This document shows positions 1 through 9,690 of a stretch of 64,000 bases of DNA, piece by piece. This DNA comes from Prorocentrum cordatum (taxonomy: Eukaryota), in contig CAUYUJ010000001.1 of assembly GCA_963575745.1 (NCBI GenBank), positions 3,348,001 through 3,412,000 on the forward strand, written 5' to 3'. Both the position numbers and the translations under genes were made by a program. The notes under the pieces were generated by a model. It was not told the DNA's origin, did no database searches, and saw nothing but the letters and a program-made list of their open reading frames with translations. Within the stretch, counting starts at the first letter, position 1. Every line of letters begins with the position of its first letter.

Positions 1-84
1 AACCAGGGGTCGACGTTGTCCAATCCGTTCTCTAGCGCTGCGGCGCGCACCTGTCTGCAAGGATTCAGCCATTTTGCCATGACC

Positions 85-430
85 CCGGAAGGGAGGGTGG
101 GGTAGCTTCGGAAGCCCACCCCCCTTGCAAAGGAGGGTGGAGGGGGGTAGCTTGAAGCCGCCCCCCCGTGTCCAGACCAGACAACGAAGGAGGGGGGGGT
201 AACTTCCGAAGCCCCCCCTTTGAAAGGCAAGGCCGGGCTCACCTTCTGCTCCGGAGAAGGGAGGGAGGGGGGAATAGCTTCGAAGCCCCCCTCCCCCCCT
301 TTAGCCAGGGCCCCCCTAGCTTAGAAACCCTTACAGAAGGGAGGGGGGGTTGGGGTAGCTTCGGAAGCTTCCCCCCCACTGTGGAAGGGAGGGGGGTGGT
401 GGGGTAGCTTGAAGCTGGGGCCCCCCTTTC
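85..430. repeat. Degenerate tandem of G-run/C-run hairpin units (gggggtagcttcgaagccccc)
   Basis: About 6 palindromic cores GCTTC(G)GAAGC flanked by G and C runs. Confidence 0.75.
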
Positions 431-784
431 CTTCTTCCCGGCGCTGCGGGCGCGCTCTTTCGAACAAACCGCTCCCTGCACATGCCTACGCGTCCTAAGT
501 TCTTTGCTCCCATTTTCATAATAACAACGGGGAAGGCTGAAGGCTTGTTCCAGAAAGAATCGGCTTGTTCCAGAACGAATCGGTGAAACTAGGTCTCGGC
601 TAAACTAGATCGGGAATTTGAGTCGCCGACTTTCGTAAGTCCGAGCACTAGATCGGCCCGGTCACGCCCTCATTTCCCATAACATACTTCGGTATGTGAA
701 TGCTTTCGTTCGTGGGCGCCCCAAAATACGTGTTGACCTCGTATGACGGTCGGTCGACTCGGCTTGGCTGACTTTGCTCCGTCG

Positions 785-1490
785 GGGGTCCATCCGGGCA
801 GGGTCAGTCTGCGCGGTCAGTCAGGGTCACTGGGCTCCAAGACTTTCCGGGATGAGTCCGGGATGAGTCCGGAGTCAAGGAGGAGTTACTTTGGCAGGAT
901 TATTCCTGGGTCTGGGTCGGTGTGAGATCAATCTGGGGTCACTTCTGGGTCAGTGTGGGATCAGTCAGGGGTCGGTGCCAAGGTCAGTCCTGGGCCAGCT
1001 CGTGCGTGATCAGGCCAGGATGAGTCCGGAGTCAAGCTGGGGTCATTTCCAAGTCTGTGTGAGATCAGTCTGGGGTCCATCCGGGGTCAGTCCAGGGTCG
1101 GATCAATCTGGAGTCAATCCGGGGTCAATCCTGGGTCAGTCCAGGGATATTCCCAGAGGGGATCAGTTAGGGTCAGCCCGTGGTCAGTGTGGGTTCCTTC
1201 CCGGGTCAGTCCAGGGTCAGTCAGGGGTCAGGCCGGGGTCAGTCTGGAGTCAGACCTGGGTTGTGGGATCAATCAATCCAGGGTTATTCCCGTGCTGGGG
1301 TTAGTCCTGGGTCAGTCCCGGGTCCGTGTGAGATCAGCCCAAGACCAATCTGGGTTCAGTCTGGGGTCATTCCCGTGTGGGATCAGTATGCAGGGGCCAG
1401 TCCAATGTCCTTCCCGGGTCAATCCGCCGGAGACAGTCCGGGTTTCGCTCCAGGCCACCCGGGATCGGCTTATGCAGGATCCATCTGAGG
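785..1490 (+). repeat. Degenerate ~11-bp satellite (GGGTCAGTCCG)
   Basis: Recurring ggtcagtc/gatcaatc units. Confidence 0.85.
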
Positions 1491-2319
1491 TGCGTCCGTA
1501 TTAGGAAATTCCTTTCTCCTCCTCCTCCTCCTCCTCCTCCTCCTCCTCCTCCCTCTCGCGACGACGACGCCGACGATCGGCCAACAAGGTCGTCGAGGTC
1601 CCTGGGGATTCCAGGGGCCCCCAGGCGCCCCAAGAACAGAGGATGAACAAACACATGCGCAAACATTACAAAACCACGAAACCCTGAATCATCGATCCTC
1701 GTCAACGACGACGAACCCTCGTCCTCCAGCATTCAGCCGTGGTACTCTGGCGGCGGCAGAAGGCAGAAGAAGCAGCAACAACGACAACAACACAATAATA
1801 TTAACAACGCTCTGAGAACATGCTTAACAATTCAGCCCAAGCTCGGTACACTCAGACTCGGCAAATCTCGGTCTCGGCTAAACTAGGTCGGTTTCCGATA
1901 TCCAATTTAAAAGAATGGAATGTCTATCAGTCTATCTGTCTTGCTGCCCGTTTATCGCTCCTTCCCCCTCCTCCTGTCCCTCTTGGCAGGCACTTGCGCC
2001 AACGCTGGCGGGCAGAGACACGCACTGCTCCATTTCTCAATTTCCGTTTCGCAACTGCGCCCTCAGAGGGAGCGCATTGTTGTTGTTGTTGCTGTTGTTG
2101 CTGCTATTTTGTTGTTTTGTTGTTTTGTTTGATGCTTTCTGCGAAGAACACCTCAACGTGAATGACGTGCACCTTGAGTGTCATTTGAGTGGCTGGCCAT
2201 GCAGAAGCAAGTATCATCGAATGACCCCCCAATGGGAGACGGTGCTCTGAACACTACAGAACGCAACACACCTGGGTGAACCCAAGTTCGCTCCAACCGC
2301 AAGAAAAACGCGACAACAT

Positions 2320-3701
2320 TCAGAGCCAGAAGAGAGCAGAGTCGAAAACAATGTGCCCGTTGCCAGCCGCCGCCTCCTGTGCCGCCGACACCATGGCGGC
2401 AGGGCCGCATGCCTGCACGAAGATGGTGCCCAGGGCCCCCTCGCTCGGCTGGAGGGCTGCCAGGTCGGCCTCCGCCTCGGCGTAGACCTGCGGAAAGGAG
2501 GGCCTTCCCCTCACCAGCGGGGCCGACAGACTCGATTCGGAGGGCTCGTCGGCGCCAGCAGTCTCGATTGCGGTTGCGTGGAGAATTGCTGAGAACTTCG
2601 GGGAGCCGATCGGATACTCTGCCTGGAGACACTGCCCGATGCAATCATCGAGGACCTGGAAAAGCTCCAGGCTCCTGCCGATCCAGATCAGGCGCACCAG
2701 CTGCAGTGAAGCGGGCAACTCTTCCCGTACGGCCATCTGCGAGAGCGTGCGCAGGGTGCTGTGCACCTGTGTGATGCCGATGCCCCCACCGATGAGCAGA
2801 ACAGCTGCGTGGCCCGCTGGGTCAAACGTCGGCCCGTAGGCGCCGTCAAACTGCACGGTCAACGCTGCAGCATCCCCGTCGTGAACTAACTGGTATAGCT
2901 TGTCTGTGAAAGTGCCCTTCCCCATATTCTTGATGCACATCTTCGAAATGCCGTCATAGGGGGAGCTGGCTAATGAGAAGGGGTGCCACTCCCAAGTCGA
3001 GATCGCAGGAACGTTTACCCACGCAAATTGCCCAGGAAAGGGGTGCGCCCTGCTGATCTGGAGCTCTGTCACCCCACCCTCGGCCTCATAGGTTTTGGCC
3101 GAAAGGACGCACGCTGGTGACGTGATGCTCACGAAACGCACTCCCGCATCCACAAGGTAGAACACTATCCCACCAACCAAAAAATACCAAGAACTCTCAG
3201 CATGCAAAAGCGTTGCCGGAATCAGTATCAGGAAGAAGAAATGACAATATTTGAACAACTCCCACTGCTTGGACCTGATCAACGGCAGACCGCCAAATAT
3301 GAACAATGCGGGATAAGCTACAAGCATCTGAGTGCTGATTGTGAAATTGTCGTAGTCAGGCAGGCCTGGTACGGGCACTCCCTTTTTGTTGATGGGGTAG
3401 AACTGGTGGAGATGTATTGCGTCATATGGGAAGCTGTTCATCGAGGCGTAGCGGCAAAACATGGTCAAAATATGGAGAAGCATCATCACGAGGGCAGCGC
3501 CCCCAAGCCACTTGTGTGTCCACAAGCCCCGCTCCCAGGATATTCCGAGCGCCTTATGCCATAACGAATTCTTGCACGCTGGCAAGAGATTGAGGGCCAT
3601 GAAGAGTACGGCTGTCAATCCCCATGTACGGGCAATCCGTTCCAACCAATTTCCATCGATGGTCGGCTTTGCAGAATGGTATTGGTGGGATTGGAGCCAG
3701 T
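2320..3701 (-). CDS. Ferric reductase / NADPH oxidase-family flavocytochrome, exon 3 (heme-binding TM domain, FAD-binding and NAD(P)H-binding domains, stop)
   Basis: Paired heme His helices WTHKWLG..MLLHIL and FKYCHFFF..TLLHA; FAD motif PGQFAWV..WEWHPFSLASSP; DGAYG; NAD(P)H motif LLIGGGIGIT; C-terminal ACGPAAMV. AG acceptor at 3703-3702 on the minus strand. Confidence 0.92.
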
Positions 3702-4825
3702 CTGCCATCGTGACCCTTGCACGTGGAGGCATGGTCTAATGCCAACTGCTGCCTGGTAGGGTCGTGCAAGTCTTTGTCATGATCCCCCACCTCTTCCGGC
3801 GCCCAACTGCATGCCTCCCTCCCGAAGCTCCCTGAGTGGCTTTGGCGCCTCCAAGAGGATTTCCACGGATTCTAAAACGGCGCAAGCACACCACCAAGAC
3901 CGCCAAGGTGGCCCAAAACGCCTTCAACACGGCCCACGATCACCCACGACGGCCCGTCATGGCCTCATGACAGCCCAGTCGTGCCCCCCCCAATGCGGCC
4001 CAAGAGTACTGTAAGAGAAGCTCCACGCAACTTTTGGCTGCCTTTGGCGTTCTCGCTTTTTCGGGCTTTCCGTCAGCCCGATATGGCTTCAAAGGCTTCC
4101 AAAGTGGCCTCAAGACGGCCCAGAAAGCCCTAAGACGGCCCCACGGTGGCTCAGTCGGCCTCAAAAAAACAGCCCAAGAGACACCCAAAACGGATCTGAA
4201 AGGCCCCAAACAGTCCCCAATACGGGCCAGATATGCCCCCCCAACACGGACTCCAAAGGCGCCAGACGGCTCAAGAGCGCGCCCAGAGAGCGAGCTCAGA
4301 ACCCTCAAGACGCCCCGAGGTGGCATCCACGAGGCCCACATGAGGCTCGAATAAGGGAGGATGGGATAACACGACCAAAGATAATGACGAACAGGTCCTC
4401 CTCTTCCTCCTCCTCCTCCTCTGGCTCCTCCTCCTCGTCCTGGGGACGGCAACGTGTCACGTGTGACGGCCTTCTTCCTCCTCCTCCTCCTCCTCCTCCT
4501 CCTCCTCCTCCCCTACACCTCGTCCTCTTCAATCTCCTCCTCATCTTCCTCCTCCTCCTCATTCGCCCTGGTACGATGTTTATCCTTCTCCTCCTCCTCC
4601 TCCTCCTCCTCCTCCTTCTCCTCTTGCGGACGGCAAGTGCCACACGTGACGACCTTCTTCTTCTCCTCTCCCTCCTCCTCCTCGTCCTCCTCCTCCTCCT
4701 CCTCCTCCTCCTCCTCTTGCGGACAGCAAGTGTCACATGTGACGGCCTTCTGGGCGGTGCTCGAAAGGTTGCTACAGAGAGTGTCGCGCTGGAGCGATGG
4801 CGGGGCTTGCCGCAGGCAGTCAGAT
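3702..4825 (+). mobile_element. Non-autonomous Helentron-like element forming intron 2 of the reductase gene
   Basis: 5' (T)CTGCCATCG at 3701-3710 is complementary (8/9) to subterminal CGATGGCGG at 4795-4803, followed by hairpin TGCC-GCA-GGCA (4808-4818) and GTCAGAT. No TSD. Removal restores TGG TTC GTT TAC TGG. Confidence 0.75.
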
Positions 4826-5986
4826 AAACGAACCAAAGAACGAGCATGATGACGAATAGGGCGATTGTGAGGATCTCTCCGAGACTCATGCCTCTGGGAT
4901 AGCGCCTGCTTGCCAACGACTTTTCGAGAGGCGGATAAGCTGCCGAGGCTGCAGCCATCAAGGCAAGGATCTCGAGGAAACCGTAGAATAGTACCGTATC
5001 CGGGTACGCCTTTATCGTATAGTCTTTCGAAAGGCTGATGTGGACCGTCCTGAACAGAGCGCTGGAACCCTCTGCCTGGGCCGTCGCCGCCATCGAAGCC
5101 GAGACGGTACTTGGCATCCACTGGTTGAATGCATTGGGTAGTAAGGCCGAGAGTGCCCAGAGGAAGGGCAGCCATATCAACGCAAGGCTCAAGGCTGCCG
5201 CCAATCGCATCGCCCGCTGCCGCCGGAACGTCTGCGGGGTACTGCCGGGGGGCGCCTGGCCTGTAACCACAACGGCTGGTGTGGAAGTCCTGGGACGTTC
5301 GACATCCCGGGCCCTCGTCCACGGAGACGAGGAAGTCCTGACCATCTCTGCTAGCCCTTCGGGACTGGCGGCTTGGCCCAGAAGTGTGCTCCTCACGAGG
5401 AGAATCGCAAATACAGCTGTGAATCCCGCGCTCAATAAGAAAATCCATAGTCCGATGCCGCCGAGGACAGTTCCAGTGTTCACAGTGACTCCCGTGCACC
5501 ACAAGATGCCGCACCCAAGGACTGGTTTAGCTATGTGGAAACCCACCCCTGTCGCAAGACACGATCCAACGACAAGCAGGGAGAGCCAGCCTATCTTGAA
5601 CTTCTTGGGGATGCTGCCGTTGGACTGAGACAGCATCAGCCTCGTAGCGGACAAAGTCAGAATCCCAACGACTGGTCCGAGGTAGAGTGCAACCGCGAGG
5701 CCTATGACATGGATCTGGCCAAAACCTGCCTTCCCGACTATGCCGCCGCTCTTACTGCCGGACACATAGTCGCACTGGAGGAAGGTAATCCAGCCCATGA
5801 CCCCCAAAACGAGGGAGCACAACGCCAGCAAGGAGCTGATCATGATGGCCGAATTGATGTCCCTGGCAGAGCGAGGCCTCCACACCTCTCGACTCTTAGG
5901 CCAACGCGTGTAAACAAGCGTCGCTGCCGGGAGTGCAAATATCACCGCGACAACGAACACCGCTCCGAAGAATTCGGCAACGGACC
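4811..5986 (-). CDS. Ferric reductase-family gene, exon 2 (N-terminal multi-transmembrane region and first helices of the reductase domain)
   Basis: Open, non-repetitive, strongly hydrophobic frame (GSVAEFFGAVFVVAV...LFVIMLVLWFVY). Acceptor tgcag|G at 5988-5987 and donor G|GCAAG at 4810. The length of 1176 nt keeps phase 1 at both ends and joins exon 3 in frame. Confidence 0.82.
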
Positions 5987-6025
5987 CTGCATAATGGTAG
6001 TCCTCATCCTCCCGTGCCAAGACTA

Positions 6026-6179
6026 GGGGGCCACATGCGAACCCTACCCCTACCCCCCACGATTTCTGAAGGGGGTGGGGGGTGGGGTTCACTTCGTTCG
6101 GGAGCTCACGAGCGAAGTGAACCCCACCCTCCCCCTTAAAAACCGTGGGGGGTAGGGGTAAGGTTCGCATGTGGCCCCC
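6026..6179. mobile_element. 154-bp fold-back MITE with TA target duplication, in intron 1
   Basis: Near-complete palindrome GGGGGCCACATGCGAACC...GGTTCGCATGTGGCCCCC, flanked by TA at 6024-6025 and 6180-6181. Confidence 0.85.
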
Positions 6180-6251
6180 TAAAGATGACATCCATCCCCG
6201 TCAGGAGGCTTGCTCTCGCGGACTGCGGGAGCAGGGCGGAGGACGCGTCGC

Positions 6252-6258
6252 CTGCCAT
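6252..6258 (-). CDS. Ferric reductase-family gene, putative micro-exon 1 (ATG GCA G)
   Basis: gccATGG context followed by an AG|GC donor. Joining to 5986 gives MAGSVAEFFG in frame, and GCAGG is repeated at both intron junctions. Confidence 0.6.
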
Positions 6259-6288
6259 GGCGCGAGCGGGGTGCGGCCCAGAGCGGGA

Positions 6289-6298
6289 CTGAAAAGCC
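6289..6298 (-). promoter_or_regulatory. Possible trans-splice/5' UTR acceptor (ggcttttcag) 30 nt upstream of the reductase ATG
   Basis: Pyrimidine-rich TTTTCAG just upstream of the start codon. The function is inferred only. Confidence 0.3.
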
Positions 6299-7016
6299 TT
6301 CCCTCGCTCGTGTCACCACCGAGGAGGAGGATGAGGAGCAACACCAGCAACTGAGGAATCATATGGGGGACACATGACGGCCCCTGCTCATTTCGGCGCA
6401 CCAGCCCATAGGAGGCGCTACCGAAGGTCCCAATGGTACAAGGCGCGTAGCGCACCCCCCGCCCGTTTTGGCACACCCATCACACGTTTCGTGGCCCCGT
6501 GGAGAGCTCCACCTAAGGTCCCTGTGCCCAATTCGGCGCAGCCCTCACACGTTGCGTGGAGAGAGCCCCAAGAGGTCAAACTGGTAGGTTTTACGATGGT
6601 ATTTCGAAGGATTTTGCCCTTCTCGCATTTTCGGCTTTCCGACGCTCCAAGACTGCTCAAGAAGCTCCCACGATCGCCCCAAGGTAGCCCAAGACGCGTC
6701 CGAGAGGGCCCCAAGATGGCCCAAGAGAGCTCCAAGAATGCCCAAGCAGCGCTCCGAGAAGCCCTGAGAAGCCCCCAGGAGGCCCCAAGAGGCCGCCAAG
6801 AGGCCCCAAGAGGCCCCAAGAGGCGCTCAAGACGCGCCAAAGAAGCCTCCAAGAGGCTCAAAGATACCCCTCGAGGCCCGAAGAGGCTCTCAAGAAGCGC
6901 CCAAACCGCATCCAAAAGGCCCCCGAGAGGCTCCCCACGACACCCCAACACATATACAAGAGACCTCAGACCCACGACCCAAGCACGGTAGCGTGATGAG
7001 CCGAAAGCCACTAGGA

Positions 7017-8572
7017 TCCGCCGCCCCCTGTCGATTCATCGCAGGGGTGCCTGGCGTGCTAGATTATTTCGGTTTTGGTATTGGTTCTTTTTCCCCCCCC
7101 AAAAAAAACCCCTGGGGCTTCGGCCACCCAAAAGGCCCGGAATTCTTCTTTCATGTTTTCGCTCAATATGGCCCAAGATGGTCTCCAAGATGGCCACGTT
7201 GGCCCAAGATGGCCTCCAAGATGGTCCAGGATGGCCTCCAAGTCCGCCCAAGATGGTCCAAGACGGCCTCCCATACGGCCCAAGAGAGTCCAAGACGGCC
7301 GAAGACGGCCCAAGAGGGCCACCAGAGGCCTCCAAGACGGCCCAAGAGGCCTCCAAGAGGTCCTCCAGGAGGGCCCGAAGAGGCCAAAATCATTGATCTT
7401 CCTTAGGTTTTCGGAGGATTTTCGCATTCGCTTCTCCCCGGCTTTCCGACGACCCAAGACGGCCCCCAAGATCGCCCCCACAGCGCCCAAGAGGCCTCCA
7501 AAATGGCCTCAGGACTGCCCAAGAGGCACCCAATACGGCCCCAAGAGGGCACAAAGATGACTCATGCAAGAGGCCTCACAGACGCCCAAGATGGCCTCTA
7601 AGACGGCCCTGGAGCACCCCAAGGGGGCCCCAAGTCGGCCCAGAAAGGCCCCCCAAACGGCTTCCGACGGCGTCGGACGTGCCAGGAGCCCACCAAGACG
7701 GCCGAAGTTGGCTCGAAGTTGGCCCAAGACGGCCCAAGAGGCCTCCAAGAGGGCCTCCAGGAAGGCCAGACAATGCCAACAACACTCATTGTCCTAAAGT
7801 TTCCGACAATTTTTGACATTTGCTTCGTTTCGGCCTTCCGACGGCCCAATACGGCACAAGAGCCCCCAGCGATCGCCCAAGGATCGCCCAAGAGGCCTCC
7901 AAGATGGCCCCAGAACGGCCCAAGAGGCCCCCCAGACGGCCCCAAGAAGCCCCCAAGACGGCCCAAGAAACGTCTAAGACCCCCAAGACGGCCTCCAAGA
8001 CGGCCCTGGAGCATTCCAAGAGCGCCCCAAGTCGGCTCAGAGAGCCCCCCCAAACGGCTTCCGACGGCGTCGGACGGGCCAGGGGCACACCAAGACGGCC
8101 GAAGATGGCACTAAGATGGCCCAAGACGGCCCAAGAGGCCTCCAAGAGGGCCTCCAGGAAGGCCCGAAAAGGCAATAATCATTGATTTCCTGTGAGTTTT
8201 TGAAGGATTGTGGCATTTGCTTTTTTTCGGCCTTCCGACGGCCCGAGACGGCCCCAGTGCCCCCAAAGATCGCTCAGGAGGCCCCCAAGAGGCCCCCAAG
8301 ACGGCCGAAGAGGCCTCCAAGACGCTCAAGATGGCCTCCAAGACGGCCCAAGAGCCCTCCAAGACGTCCTCCAAGAAGGCCCGACAAGGTCAAAATGGCC
8401 TCCAGGCGGCCAAGATGACCTTCAAGATGCCCACGTGTTCCCCGACGGCTTTCCAAACCGATTCGGGGAACACATGGTCCGATAGCTTGGTAAGTCTGGC
8501 CTCAACGTTCGGCCACATAGGCGCTTCCACAAAGGCAGGGGGCGGCGGTGACTCGCCGTAGGCGTCTTCGAT
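7017..8572 (+). mobile_element. Helentron-like non-autonomous element, family A (internal GGCCCAAGA/GGCCTCCAAGA satellite)
   Basis: 5' TCCGCCGCCCCCTG; 13-bp complement CAGGGGGCGGCGG at 8536-8548; hairpin CGCC-GTA-GGCG; ends TCTTCGAT. Confidence 0.75.
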
Positions 8573-9109
8573 AACGCCAGAGTCTCAACATGCGCTGATG
8601 ATTCCTATCCGCCCTCGCATAATGTTCCCAGATACGGCAAGGCAGCGCCGACACGCACCGACGCGACTCTGATATAACCCTTTTCTGATAGAGAGGTGGC
8701 CGGCGGAAAGGGGGCGAAACCGTTACGGATAAACGTGTTTTAATTCAGGCCGTGATCGGCAACGGCAGTGGAAGCTGGACTTCTCCTCCTCCCACACCTT
8801 CCTCCACATTCTCTAGTTACCCTCTTCTTCTTCTTCTTCTTCTTTTTCTTCCTGCTGCTGCTGCTGCTGCTCATGCGGCTCCTGCTACTGTTCCTCGGGC
8901 GGGCATGCGTGCTGCAACCTGACTGAACAAGTCACTTTGGCTGGAACGCATGCACAAATCTCAATCATAATCCGAATTGCTTCTGCTCCGGCCGAAATTC
9001 GAAACATTCACCCGTCGTTGTTTTTCTCAACCCTCCTGCACTGTGCTCTCAATCCTTCCTCCTGGCTCCCTCTCTGACCTCTTGCCTGCCTCTGGGGTGC
9101 CTTCCGTCT

Positions 9110-9690
9110 TTCTTCCGTGTGGGGCTGCCATCTGCGCAACTGTCGCCACATTCGTGAGCTCCTGGGGGGTTCAGCACAATGTACCAACGCCTTCCCTGGT
9201 GGGCTACGAACCGAGAAGCTGTCGCCACTCTCGTGGGCTCCTGGGTGGTCCAGCGTACTGTGGCCATGCCCTGGCCAGATGTAACCTCGCTGTCCCCTGG
9301 GTGCTGCCAACTCCGAAGCTGCCGCCACTTTCGCCTGCCCTGGAGGGCTGCGAAATGCGAAGCCGACGCTACTTTTGCGGGCTCCTGGGAGGTCCAGCGC
9401 AGCGCTGTGCTGTCCAGGCCAGAAAGAAACCTCACCTCCCTGGGGGCTGCGAACTGAAAGCATGCTGCCACTTTCGTGGGCTCCTGGGGGGTCCAGCGCA
9501 TTGTGGTGCGACCCAGGCCATAATGAAATGTCACCGTCTCCAGATGCTGCGATCTGCGGCTCGGTCGCTACTTTCGTCAGCGCCTGGGAGGCTGCGCGGA
9601 CCCAAACGAGGCCTCGCCCTTCCTGGGGGCTGCGAGCTGCGAAACTGTCGCCACCTTCGTGGGCCCCTGGAAGGTCCAGCGGAGTGGTGT
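9110..9690 (+). repeat. Diverged 80-100-bp minisatellite, core TGTCGCCACTTTCGTGGGCTCCTGGG
   Basis: The core recurs near 9141, 9220, 9320, 9365, 9463, 9564 and 9646. Confidence 0.8.

Noticed and set aside
68..77. Relict dinoflagellate spliced leader (AGCCATTTTG)
   Set aside because: Only a 10-nt match, lacking GCTCAAG, with no downstream gene.
4305..6191. 628-aa ORF as a complete protein
   Set aside because: Its N-terminus reads through a MITE and its C-terminus through an inserted element with CCT tracts. Only 5986-4811 looks coding.
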